64,000 nucleotides of DNA from Sphyrna mokarran (Eukaryota): positions 62,930,001 to 62,994,000 of the forward strand of contig JAGIQG010000004.1 in assembly GCA_024679065.1 (NCBI GenBank), read 5' to 3'. The translations under genes were made by a program, and so were the position numbers. The notes under the pieces were generated by a model. That model worked only from the letters and a program-made list of their open reading frames with translations. It did no database searches and had not been told where the DNA came from. How positions within the stretch are numbered: position 1 is the stretch's first letter; every line of letters begins with the position of its first letter. Shown here piece by piece: positions 51,525 to 63,410 of the stretch.

Positions 51525-52935
51525 ATTATATGGTGGATGTGGTTTACATTGAATTCAGCAAGGCATTTGATAAGGTCCCCGATGCAAGACTTCTTGAAAA
51601 GGGGAGAGGTTATGGGATCCAAGGGGCTGTTGCCTTGTGGATCCAGAACTGGCTTGCCTGCAGAAAGAAGTCTGACAACATCAGGTTTAAGTCTAACCGA
51701 TTTATTTGATAGTAAACACACACGCTTTCAAGGTTCCTCTCTTTGTCAGGTGAATGAATGACTCTTCATTTACATAACGAAGAGGCGAAACTCGAAAGTT
51801 GTAAGTTTACTCTCAAATAATTCAGTTGGACTTAAACCTGGTGTTGTCAGATTACTTATAGTGTTTACCTCAGTCAGCATCTCCACATCTTGCCTGCAGA
51901 AGGCAGAGAGTGGTTGTGGATGGGTCTTTTTCTGCATGGAGATCGGTCACCAGTGGAGTGCCCCAGGGATCTGTTCTAGGACCCTTGCTGTTTATCATTT
52001 TCATAAATGACCTGGATGAGGAAATGGAGGGATGGGTTTTTAGTTTGCCAATGACACGAAGATTGGTAGTGTTGTGAGTAGTCTGGAGAGGTGTCAGAAG
52101 TTGCAGTGAGACATAGATAGGATGCAAGACTGGACAGAAAAGTAGCAGATGGACTTCAACGAGGATAAATGTGTAGTAGTCCATTCTGGCAGGTCCAATG
52201 GGATGTAGGGGTACAATACCAAGGGTAGGACTCTTAGTAGTGTTGAGGAGCAGAAGACCTTGGGATCCGGGTCCAAAGGACTCTTAAATCAGCCTCACGG
52301 GTAGAGGATGTGGTCAAGAAAGCGTATGGTGTGCTAGCCTTCATTAATCGAGGGATTGAGTTTGGGAGTCAGGAGGTAATGTTGCAACTTTATAAGAACT
52401 TTGTCAGACCCCACTTGGAGTATTGTGCACAGTTCTGGTTGCCTCACTACAAGAAGGATGTGGAAGCTATTGAGAGAGTGCAGAGGAGATTTCAAGGATG
52501 TTGCCTGGATTGGGAGGCATGCCTTTGGAAGATAGGTTGAGGGAGCTAGGTCTCATCTCCCTGGAGAGATGAAGATTGAGAGGCGACCTGATAGAAGTTT
52601 ATAAAATGTTGAGACGTATAGATAGGGTGGATACTCAGAGGCTATTTCCCAGGGCTGAAATGGTCACTACAAGAGGACATAGGTTTAAGGTGCTGGGGAG
52701 CAGGTACAGAGGAAACATCAGGATAAGTTTTCACACAGAGGGTGGTGAGTGAGTGGAATCAGCTGCCATCAGTGGTAGTAGAGGCGAACTCGCTGTGGTG
52801 TTTTAAGAGACTTTTGGATAAGTACATAGGACTTTATGGGATTGAGAGTTATAGATAGATCTAGTAGGTATGGATATGATTGGCGCAACTTCTGGGCCAA
52901 AGTGTCTAGTTGTGCTGTATTGTTCTGTGTTCTAT
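51525..52935 (+). mobile_element. 5'-truncated CR1 carrying a Penelope-derived hairpin insertion
   Basis: [24 protein letters not shown] and tail. Confidence 0.88.
51666..51888. mobile_element. Palindromic Penelope-derived insertion with 13-bp TSD
   Basis: Inverted arms (tctgacaacatcaggtttaagtctaac / gttggacttaaacctggtgttgtcaga); cttgcctgcagaa is duplicated at 51653-51665 and 51889-51901. Confidence 0.75.
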
Positions 52936-54951
52936 GAAAGAGAGAGATCAAAGTGAACAGAGAGCCTGGGGAGAATGAGACCATGGAAAAGATAATGGGG
53001 AATCAGGAAGTGGCAGAAGGGTTAATCCAATGTTTTGCATTAGTCATCAAAGAGGAAGGCACTAATTCCAAAAATAATGAAGGGCAAAAGTGGAAGAGGA
53101 AATAAATACAATAATTGACACTAGTGAAAAAGTACTGGGTAACTAATGGGGCTAAAGGTTGATTAGCCCCTGGACCTGATGGATTGCATCCAAGGATACT
53201 AAAGAAAATAACGACAGAGATACTCAATGCAGACTTCCAAAAGTCTTGAAATTCAGAAAAATTGCCAGAGGATTGGGAAAAAGCAAAACCTATACTCAAA
53301 ATTGGAGACAGAAAAATAGGCATCCTTAAACCATTTAGCTTGATATCTGTTGTTTGGGAAATGGCAGAGTGTACAATTGTAATGCATTTAATAACATATA
53401 ACATAATCAAGCAAAGTCAACACAACACTGTGAAGGGAAGATCATGCCTGAGAAAGTATTAGAATTGTTTGACTTAGAAGCAAGCAGAACAAATAAAGGG
53501 GAACGAGTAGATGCAATACATTTGGATTTCCAATAATTTTAAAATAGACATGCAATAGATTCCGCTGGTTGTAAGAAAACAGTCTGAAGTTAGGAAGCAA
53601 ACAGGTCCAGCAGCAGTCACCCAGTTTAGGACAATTATGCAAAAGTGAAGGTGACACTCGAATTTTGGAAAGAAACACCTGCTACCTTCTGTATTCTATC
53701 AAAGTGACTCTGAAACAAATGCTGACAGTGAACTCATTCAAAAAACTCAACAATTAATTAGACACAATGATCCAGTATATCGTTACATAATCAGCAACAG
53801 ATAGAACATGTTGAAAGACTTTGTAAAATACAATTGCATGGCAAATCTTACAAAAACATCCTTTGAAAGGGAGGATTGGAATAGATTAACATTTTTCCTA
53901 ACATGGCAAATGTGAAATATCAAAACAATATCTGTTATGCTTCAGAATAGAGTGATTTTTTATTTTGTTTCACAATACAGAGAAGTGAATGATGGTTTGG
54001 AATACACATGGAAAATGCAACTTTAACTAGAGTCCATTTTTAATTAATGTTACAGATCACTGAATTCAACAATGAATGTTTGACCAGAACATGACTTATC
54101 ACAAATAAACTGGATTCTTTAAAGGGTGGAATTTGCATTCAACGTTCACCAGCCAAACCAACACGAAGTTTACTTCTGAAAATAAAACAGATTGGATGCT
54201 TGAATCACATTCTGTAGTTAGCACTCCTTAGAGAGAAAAAAAACATTTAATAAGGATATGCCATGATACATCTGGCAATGCAAGGTGAAAAAAGTAGAAT
54301 GCTTGTGAAAAAATGAAGGGAAGTGCAAGCATTATTCTAGGTCAACTGTCTAGCCAGTTGACTTTCAAATTAAAGCATGCTCTTGTTTTAAAATAACAGT
54401 TCCACTTTCAGGTTTCTGTATTTGTTTACCCAATCGATCAAGCATCAAAATCGATTTCACTTATTTCACATTATATCACAGTTAGATCCATTATTTGGGA
54501 AAGGGAAATGTCTATTCACTAAAAGCCTCACAAGAAAATTGGCTGCAATTCTCCCAAAAGTGATAAATTGGCAGGAGAACTATTCTAAATCCCAACTGTT
54601 TTCTCAATTCAGCTCCTCACTCAAATCTCCACACTCTGCGCTGCAGAGGGCCCAGTTGTGAATAATATTAAATGCCTGGGAGTGGGACCAAAGAGCCTGA
54701 TATCAGCAGGATGATCGGGGACTTGCACATGTGCATATCACTGAGACATGGTGGAAAAGACCTCGCAGCATTCATATCACTGCCATCCAAAGCCCACACA
54801 TGTTGCTGACTGTGCTGCAGCCCCCCACACCCACTCCCCAATAACAGATATTGCTAGCCTGCACTACCACCCACTGTCCTCCATATACACATACACATAC
54901 ATTGCTGGCATCCACAAACTTCTAAATACAGACATCACTGGCCCTCATAAT

Positions 54952-54953
<2 letters not shown>

Positions 54954-55029
<76 letters not shown>
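54954..55029 (+). repeat. (CA)38 microsatellite
   Basis: Perfect dinucleotide run. Confidence 0.98.
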
Positions 55030-55030
<1 letters not shown>

Positions 55031-55505
55031 CATGCCTCATTGCTACTCCCTCCCCCTATCTCTCTCCACACACAGACATGGCTGCTCGCTCACCTCATGC
55101 TCCCATGGATCCACATATCCAGAATGCAATCCCTCCATCGCTTAAACAAATCGTTCTCACTGCTGTCTTGCAGAGATCTAACATTGTGATGAAATGCACA
55201 ACCCCAGCTTGTGATTATTCCCTCTCTTGAATAAGAGCCTTGAGTATTGCACTCCGTGGACACAGCAGCTAATCGATTAGGAGTCCTGTGTATAGCAACC
55301 CGCCTGGACAGCCTATTGAATGGTAGCCAATTAGTACCCTGAGGAATGAATGACACTCAATTGAATGAAGCCTTCAAAATCTCTCACAAACATTTGTTGC
55401 CACTGGGTCCTTGACTGGCTATATTCACTGCACGTGCATTCCTCTAATAAGCCAGAGCTGTATATTAGCTGCAGGAATGGACGCACAGCCAGTCACACCA
55501 CAAAG

Positions 55506-55720
55506 ATGGATGCTCGTAAACCAGCTCCCAGATATTTGGAGGCAGACCAGCAGCACCTACTAGATGCCGTGGAGGAGAGGCGTGACTGTCTGTTCCCTGG
55601 CCAGAGCCCCAACCCAAGGGGTGTTTCTGCCATGGCATTGTGGGAAGAGGTAGCAGAATTGGTGAATGCCAGGAACCTGACGTTATGTTCTGACTGGCAG
55701 TGCTGCAAAAATATGTACAT
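55506..55720 (+). pseudogene. Harbinger Myb/SANT-like DNA-binding protein, N-terminal part; continues at about 55940-56023, 59230-59330 and 59420-60335
   Basis: KPAPRYLEADQQHLLDAVEERRDCLFP...LWEEVAELVNA...QCCK (MSANTD/NAIF1-like). Confidence 0.8.
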
Positions 55721-56044
55721 CAGCGAGAGTGAGCGGTCATCCCTCTTGGAACCGTGCATATGTTTAGCACAGATATCCAATCCTTCTTAGGCAACTAAAG
55801 GCCATGCAACAAGTTACCCTTTCCCCAGGAACGAAATCTAACTGCTTAATGAGCACCCTTCAGCACAATACCTGAGTCACATACTTGCATTGCCACCATG
55901 CACCGCAATATGTTAATATTTGCTATCCACCTTATGATCGCCAGGAAAGAAAATCCACAACACGTGGGAGATGACACAGATTGATGATGGTGTGCCTGAC
56001 CTGCAGCAGCTGAGCAGTATGAATATGAACAGTATGAATGAGCA

Positions 56045-59000
56045 GGATAGTTTAGAGAAGAACAGAGAGAGGGAATGTTTGAACTCGTGGCTGCGGGGAT
56101 GGTGCAGGAGGGAGGGGTTCAGGTTCCTGAACAATTGGGACTCATTCTGGGATAGGTGGGACCTCTACAAGAGAGATGGTCTACACCTGAACCAGAGGGG
56201 AACTAATATCTTGGGGGGAAAATTTGCTAAGGCTATGCAGGGGGCTTTAAACTGATTCGGGGGGGGGTGGGATCCTAAGTAGTTGGGGTGCTAAGAGGGA
56301 TGAGAGTAAGGGGGTCATAGAGGAAAGCTGTAAAACACAGCAGCGTACGGGTGGGGTAGGGCATGGTTTGAAATGCGTATACTTTAATGCAAGGAGTATT
56401 CGCAATAAGGGGGAGGAACTTGCAGCTTGGACCAGTACCTGGAACTTCGATGTTGTGGCCATTTCAGAGACTTGGGTAGAGCAGGGACAAGAATGGATGT
56501 TGCAGGTTCCGGGGTTCAAATGCTTCAGTCGGAGTAGAGAAGGAGGTAGAAGGGGGGGAGGAGTGGCATTATTAGTCAAAGACTGTATCACAGTGACAGA
56601 AAAGAAGTTTGATGAGGACTTGTCTGTTGAGGTAGTATGGGCTGAGATTAGAAACAGGAGAGGAGAGGTCACCCTGTTGGGAGTCTTTTATAGACCTCCT
56701 AAAAGTTCTAGAGAAGTTGAGGAAAGGATTGCAAAGTCAATTCTGGTCAGGAGTGAAAGTAATAGGGTAATTGTTATGTGGGACTTTAACTTTACTAATA
56801 TTGATTGGAATAGCTATAGCTCTAGCTCGTTAGAGGGGTCAGTTTTCGTACAAAGTGTGCAGGAAGGTTTTTTCACTCAGTATGTAGATAGGCCAACTAG
56901 AGGTGAGGCTACATTGGATTTGGTGCTGGGCAATGAGCCAGACCAGGTGTTAGGCTTGGAAGTTGGTGAACATTTTGGTGATAGTGACCACAATTCGGTT
57001 ACGTTCACCTTAGTGATGGATAGGGATAGGCATGAAGCTGGGGGCAGTAGTTATAGCTGGGGGAAGGGTAATTATGAGGCCATCAGGAGAGAATTAGGGT
57101 GCATAGATTGGACTAGGAAACTACAGGGACTGGGAACATCTGGAATGTGGAGCTTATTCAAGGAGCAGCTGCTGCGAGTCCTTGATAAGTATGTCCCTGT
57201 CAGGCAAGGAGGAAATGGTCGAGTAAGAGAACCTTGGTGTACGAAAAAAGTTGATTTGCTGGTTAAAAGGAAAAAGGAGGCTTATGTCAGGATGAGGATT
57301 GAAGGCTCGGTTAGTGCAATGGATAGCTATAGATTAGCCAGGAGGGAGCTAAAGAGTGAATTGAGGAGAGCTAAGAGAGGACACGAGACGACTTTGGCTG
57401 ATAGGATTAAGGAGAATCCTAAAGCTTTCTTTAGATATGTTAAGAATAGAAGATTGGTTAGGACAAGATTAGGGCCAGTCACAGACAGCAGTGGGAAGTT
57501 GTGCGTGGAGCCTGAAGAGATTGGAGAGGCACTGAATAAATATTTATCTTCGGTATTCACGCAGGGTGATGTAAATGTAGTTATGGAGAACACTGAGGTA
57601 CAGGGTTGCAAACTGGGAAGTATTGAAGTAGATAGGGAGGAGGTGCTAGAAATTCTCGAGGGTTTGAAGTTGGATAAGTCCCCTGGGCCGGACGGGATTT
57701 ACCCTAGGATTCTCTGGGCGGCAAGAGAGGAGATTGCAGAGCCTCTGGCTCTGATCTTCAGGTCCTCGTTGGTTACAGGGGTGGTTCCGGAGGACTGGAG
57801 GATAGCGAATGTGGTCCCATTGTTTAAGAAGGGGAAGAGAGACCTTCCAGGGAATTATAGGCCAGTGAGTCTTACTTCTGTTGTGGGCAAAGTATTGGAG
57901 AGAATTAGTAGGGATAGGATTTATAGTTATTTAGAGAGAAATGAATTGATTGGGGATAGTCAGCATAGTTTTGTGAAGGGTAGGTCGTGCCTTACTAACC
58001 TCATTGAGTTTTTTGAAAAAGTGACTAAAGAGGTGGATGGGGGTAAGGTGGTTGATGTGGTATATATGGACTTTAGTAAGGCGTTTGATAAGGTGGCCCA
58101 TGGAAGACTTCTGCAGAAAATGCAGATGTATGGGATTGAGGGTGATTTAGCTAAGTGGATTAGGAATTGGCTAGCAGATAGAAGACAGAGGGTGGTGGTT
58201 GATGGGAGATATTCATCGTGGAGTTTGGTGACAAGTGGTGTACCTCAGGGGTCTGTTTTGGGGCCCCTGCTGTTTGTAATTTTTATAAATGATCTGGATG
58301 AGGGTAGTGAAGGGTGGATTAGTAAATTTGCAGATGACACTAAAGTCGGTGGAGTGGTAGATAGTGAAGAGGGGTGTTATAGTTTGCAGAGGGACTTGGA
58401 CAAGTTGCAGAGCTGGGCCGAGAGGTGGCAAATGGAGTTTAATGTGGAAAAGTGTGAGGTAATGCACTATGGCAGAAATAATAAATGTGTAGAGTATAGG
58501 GCTAATGGTAGGATTCTTAGTAGTCTTGATGAACAGAGGGATCTTGGTGTGTATGTGCATAGATCCCTGAAAGTAGGCAGTCAAGTCGAAAAGGTTGTTA
58601 AGAAGGCATATGGAGTCTTAGCTTTTATTGGTAGGGGGATTGAATTTCGGAGCCGCAACGTCATATTGCAACTGTACAAAACTCTAGTGCGGCCGCACTT
58701 GGAGTATTGTGTGCAGTTCTGGTCCCCGCATTATAAGAAAGATGTGGAGGCATTAGAGAGGGTACAGAGGAGGTTTACCAGGATGTTGCCTGGTATGGAG
58801 GGCAGGTCTTATGAAGAGAGGCTGAGGGATTTGAGGTTGTTTTCGTTAGAAAGGAGGCGGCTAAGAGGGGACCTTATTGAAACATATAAGATGATTAGAG
58901 GTTTAGATAGGGTGGACAGTGATAGCCTTTTTCCTAGGATGGAGAAAGCTAGCACGAGGGGACACAGCTTTAAATTAAGGGGTGATAGTTATAGGACGGA

Positions 59001-59229
59001 TATCAGAGGTAGGTTCTTTACCCAAAGGGTGGTTCGGGAGTGGAATGCCCTGCCTGCAGCAGTTGTAGATGCTCCAAGTTTGGTGGCGTTTAAGAGGTTA
59101 GTTGATAAGTATATGGAAGAGAAGGGAATGGTTTAGTTTGGAGGGTCATTGCTTTTTATATTGGTCGGCGCAACATCGAAGGCCGAAGGGCCTGTTCTGT
59201 GCTGTAATGTTCTATGTTCTATGTTCTAT
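56045..59229 (+). mobile_element. Young CR1 family A, 5'-truncated within ORF1, with uninterrupted ORF2
   Basis: ORF1 C-terminus to 56255, ORF2 56368-59136 and (TTCTATG)n tail. Confidence 0.97.
56368..59136 (+). CDS. CR1 ORF2: APE endonuclease plus reverse transcriptase, 922 aa (true start uncertain)
   Basis: YFNARS, ISETW, DFN, SDH; [21 protein letters not shown]; no stops or frameshifts. Confidence 0.95.
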   Translation: MKCVYFNARSIRNKGEELAAWTSTWNFDVVAISETWVEQGQEWMLQVPGFKCFSRSREGGRRGGGVALLVKDCITVTEKKFDEDLSVEVVWAEIRNRRGEVTLLGVFYRPPKSSREVEERIAKSILVRSESNRVIVMWDFNFTNIDWNSYSSSSLEGSVFVQSVQEGFFTQYVDRPTRGEATLDLVLGNEPDQVLGLEVGEHFGDSDHNSVTFTLVMDRDRHEAGGSSYSWGKGNYEAIRRELGCIDWTRKLQGLGTSGMWSLFKEQLLRVLDKYVPVRQGGNGRVREPWCTKKVDLLVKRKKEAYVRMRIEGSVSAMDSYRLARRELKSELRRAKRGHETTLADRIKENPKAFFRYVKNRRLVRTRLGPVTDSSGKLCVEPEEIGEALNKYLSSVFTQGDVNVVMENTEVQGCKLGSIEVDREEVLEILEGLKLDKSPGPDGIYPRILWAAREEIAEPLALIFRSSLVTGVVPEDWRIANVVPLFKKGKRDLPGNYRPVSLTSVVGKVLERISRDRIYSYLERNELIGDSQHSFVKGRSCLTNLIEFFEKVTKEVDGGKVVDVVYMDFSKAFDKVAHGRLLQKMQMYGIEGDLAKWIRNWLADRRQRVVVDGRYSSWSLVTSGVPQGSVLGPLLFVIFINDLDEGSEGWISKFADDTKVGGVVDSEEGCYSLQRDLDKLQSWAERWQMEFNVEKCEVMHYGRNNKCVEYRANGRILSSLDEQRDLGVYVHRSLKVGSQVEKVVKKAYGVLAFIGRGIEFRSRNVILQLYKTLVRPHLEYCVQFWSPHYKKDVEALERVQRRFTRMLPGMEGRSYEERLRDLRLFSLERRRLRGDLIETYKMIRGLDRVDSDSLFPRMEKASTRGHSFKLRGDSYRTDIRGRFFTQRVVREWNALPAAVVDAPSLVAFKRLVDKYMEEKGMV

Positions 59230-60337
59230 GAAGGACCATGCCATCAATCTGGCAGGGGGGAGATGGGCCACTGAAATGGTCACTGACAGTCAGGTCAGCA
59301 TACAGCATGCAAGTGAGCGGAAGTGCACCCACATCCTTGGTTCTCCGATGTTGCATGGGATGTTTTCCTTCCCTCCCCCTAATCTGTGTTCTGTTTTACA
59401 AGTCTGGACCTAGACAGATCCGGCCCTTCAGGTGTTGCCACCACCCCTGCTGTCCCAGATCAAACTATGCATCGCGCCATGGATGACACTTCAGAGGGAT
59501 GCACTGAGGAACTCTCCAAGAGCAGTATCACTGAAACATAACCAGCAACTACCATACAACCCACAACACAGAGATCACCACCATAGTGGGTGCTTTTAGT
59601 GCTGAGGTTTCTGGGTCACAATCTGGCGAGCCGATCACAGTCACCTGATCAGCATCAGATGGAGGGGGACACATCTGAGGGCTCAGGCACACAGAGGTTT
59701 GTCAGAGACTAGGATTCAGCTACCCCCAAGCCAGTAGTTAGGCCTCTGAGTTTGTTCCTCCCATGGTTGGTGGAAATACATTAAGAAACCTGGGGAGCTG
59801 TGGAAGGGCTGTCAGTAACCATGCTGTGACCGCAAGGCTATTTAGAGGAGTCAAACAGAGTGCTGTTGCAGGAAGTGGTGTCGACATAGATGAGATCCAA
59901 GCCAACACTGCAAGAATGGTGACCGCAATGGAAAGTCTGGCTCAGGGGTCTGTCCTCATGGGTGCCAGGGTCTAGGCCATCCTGGGGAGACATTAAGGCC
60001 AGGAACGAGTGTGTTTCCAACATCCAGGAGGTGTATAGTTCAATGGCCATGGGTTTTTGGGGCATGTGGGAGAGATTGCTGGCCATGGCTGGAAACCTCG
60101 CTGACATTCTAGAGACAAAGCATGCCATGGCTGTGAGCTCAACAACTTAGCCCAGGCTCAAAGGACTATTGCATAGGGGCTCCAGATCTTAGCTTGCTCA
60201 CAGAATACTCGACTGGAGGGGCTCTAAAGCTTGGCTGAGATTCAGAGGGTCAGGGCTGAGGAATCACACAAGATGGGCAGACATATCTGGGCCTCCAGGA
60301 CAGGCAGAGCCAGGTGATGCCAAAGTTTCTGCAGCCC

Positions 60338-62220
60338 ATAGAAGATAAGAACATAAGAAATAGGAGCAGGAGCAGACCATCTAGTCTTTCGAGCCTGCCC
60401 TGCTATTCAATATGATCATGGCTGATCTGATAGCAGTTCAGTTCCACCTACCCGCCTGCTCCCCAGAACCCTTAATTCCCTTATTGATCAGAAATCTATC
60501 TACCTGTGACTTAAACATATTCAACAAGCCTCTACTGCTTCAATGGGCAGAGAATTCTAGAGATTCATTACTAGCTGAGAAAAGAAGTTTCTCCTCAACC
60601 CTTTTCTAAACTGACTCCCCCTTATTTTGAGGTGGTGTCTTTTAGTTCTTGTTTCCTTCCTAAGTGAAAAGAAACTGTTTGCCTCTACGCTATCTAGCCC
60701 CTTCATTATCTTATATGTCTCTATAAGACCACCCCTCAGCCTTCTAAACTCCAATGAATACAGGCCCAATCTAATCACTCTCTCCTCATAAGCTAACAGC
60801 CTCATCTCTGGTATCCACCTAGTGAACTTTCTCTGTACTCCCTCCAAGGCCAATATATCCTTTTGCAAATAAGGAAACCAAAATTGCGCACGATACTCTA
60901 GTTGCAGCCTCACCAGTATATTGTACAATTGCAGCAAGACCTTCCTGATTTTATATTCCACCCCCCTGGTGATAAAGGCCAACATCCCATTTGCCTTTTG
61001 ATCACCTGTTGTACCTGCAAACTGAGTTTTTGCGATTCATGCACAAGGACACCCAGGTCCTCTGCACAATAGCATGTTGCAATTTTTCACCATTTAAATA
61101 ATAATCCATTTTACTATTATTCCTTCCAAAGTGGATAACCTCACACTTGCCAACGTTATACTCTATCTGCCAGATCCTCACCCACTCACTCAGCCTATCC
61201 AAATCTCTCTGCAGACTTTCTGCATCCTCTGTGCAATTTGCTTTCCTACTCATCTTTGTGTCATCACAAACTTTGTTACCCTACACTCGGTCCCCTCCTC
61301 CAGATCGTCTATTTATATATAGGTAAACAGTTGAGGCCCCAGCACTGATCCCTTTGGCACACCACTAGTCACCAACTGCCAATCAGAAAAACACCTATTT
61401 ATTCCAACTCTCTGCTTCATGTTAGATCGCCAATCCTCAATCCACACTAATACTTTACCCCCAGCTCCATGTACCTTAATCTTCTGCAGCAACTTTTTGT
61501 GAGGCACCTTATCAAACACATTCTGGAAATCAAAAAACACCACATTCACCGTTTCCCCTCTGTGAACCACACTCGTTACATCTTCATAAAAATCATTAAA
61601 TTCGTCAAACACGACGTTCCCTTCATGAATCCATGCTGAGTCTGCTTAATCAAACCATTCTTTTCCCGGTGTCCTGCTATTTCTTCTTTAATGATGGATT
61701 CCAGCATTTTCCCACTACGGAGTTAAGCTAACCAGCCTGTAGTTACCTGTCTTTTGTCTACTTCCTTTTTTAAACAGCGGTGTAACATTAGCTGTTTTCC
61801 AATCAGCCAGTACTTCCCCAGAGTCCAGCACATTTTGATAAATAACTACTAATGCATATGCTATTACTTCTGTCATTTCTTTCAGTACCCTGGGATGCAA
61901 TATATCTGGGCCAGGGGACTTGTCTATCTTTAGTCCCATCAGTCTACCAAGCACTACGCCTTTACTAATAGTAATCAGTTTAAGGACTTCACCTCCTACA
62001 GTCCCAAGACCGTCAATGTTCAGTAAGCTATTTGTGTCCTCTACCGTGAAGACTGACACAAAAAACTTACTTAAGGTCTCGGCCATTTCCTTGTTTCTCA
62101 TTATTGAATCCCCCTTTTTGTCTTCTAAGGGCCCAACATTTACTTTAGCCACTCTTTCCCTTTTTAAATATTTGTAAAAACTTTTACTATCAGTTTTTAT
62201 ATTTTGTGCTAGTTTAGTTT
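60338..62220 (-). mobile_element. 5'-truncated CR1 (third family) nested in the Harbinger relic
   Basis: ORFs 60557-60985, 61002-61253, 61313-61612 and 61715-62152; (AAGAACAT)n tail. Confidence 0.9.
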
Positions 62221-62239
62221 AATGATTCCACATCAAAGG

Positions 62240-62622
62240 CTTCCATATCCTTCCTGTAATGAGGAGACCAGAACTAAGCACATATTCCAAGTGGGGTCTG
62301 ACCAGGTTCTTCTCCAGCTGCAGCATTATCTCTCAACTCTGAAACTCAATTCCTCAATTAATGAAGGCCAGTACACCATATGCCTTCTTAATCACATCCT
62401 CTACTTGCAAAGCTGATTTGAGAGTACTATGAATCCAGAGCCCAAGATCCTTCTGATCTTCCACACTGCTAAGAGTCTTACCCTTAGCACTATATTTCTT
62501 CATCCCATTTGACCTGTCAAAATGAACAACCTCACACTTATCCGGGTTGAAATCCATCTGCCACTTCTTTGCCCAGTCTTGCACGCTTTCTATGTCACAT
62601 TGCAATCCTGACATCCCTTCAA
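62240..62622 (-). mobile_element. CR1 internal fragment
   Basis: ORF 62354-62614 (WQMDFNPDKCEV). Confidence 0.85.
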
Positions 62623-62629
62623 ACTATCC

Positions 62630-63410
62630 ACAATGATGGATGAATTTGAAGCCCGGAGCCCAGGTCTCCTGCTGTGCATGGCACATCTCGAAGTTAATAA
62701 ACTGCCCTATCTGGGCATATAGAGCATTTATGATCTGCCGCACACCTCGCTGCTCAGAGGTCTGGAAGATCCCAGTTAGGTGACTACTAGGAGCATGGAA
62801 TGATCCAGAGGCATAGAAATTGAGGGCTGCCGTTACCTTTATCTCCACAGGAAGTGAGTGGCCACTGCTCCCCCAAGGTGCCAGGTATAAAGAACAAAGA
62901 ACAAAGAAAATTACAGCATAGAAACAGGCCCTTTGATCCTCTAAGCCTGCAATGACCATGCTTTCTGACTTAACTAAAACCCTTTACACTTCCGGGGACC
63001 ATATCCTCTATTCCCCTCTCTTTCATGTACTTGTCAAGGCACTCCTTAAAAGTCACTACCGTATCCACTTCCACTACCTGTCACAGCAAAAAGCTCACAC
63101 TCTCTGTGTAAAAAAATCTGCCTCATACATCTCTTTTAAAATTTGCCCCCCACACCTTAAACCTATGCTTCCTACTAATTGACTCTTCCATCGTGGGAAA
63201 AAAAACTTCTGACTTTCCAGACTATACATGCCTCTCATGATCTTGTAGACTTCTATCAGGTCTCCCCTCAACCTTCATTGCTCCAGTGAGAACAAACCAC
63301 AGGTATGAGAGCGCCTCACAAATCTTGGACAAGCTCAGCTCGCAATGCCACATGTCTTCCAAGCGGCTCTTAAGAGAATTGAGGAACCTGTACCTCCTTA
63401 GCCTCGGCAC
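62630..63410 (-). pseudogene. Harbinger (HARBI1-like) transposase N-terminal remnant, split by a CR1 3' end at 62889-63299
   Basis: GHSLPVEIKVTAALNFYASGSF...GIFQTS...IINALY; caggtat is duplicated at 62882-62888 and 63300-63306. Confidence 0.85.

Noticed and set aside
53540-54535. Downstream cytoplasmic or 3' exon of the receptor in non-CR1 sequence
   Set aside because: No convincing acceptor plus open frame with signalling motifs; its origin is unresolved.
54748-55230. 160-aa His/Thr-rich ORF
   Set aside because: A by-product of the (CA)n microsatellite within the Harbinger relic.
55365-62959. Host HARBI1 or NAIF1/MSANTD genes
   Set aside because: Frameshifted, LINE-interrupted and arranged as in a transposon.
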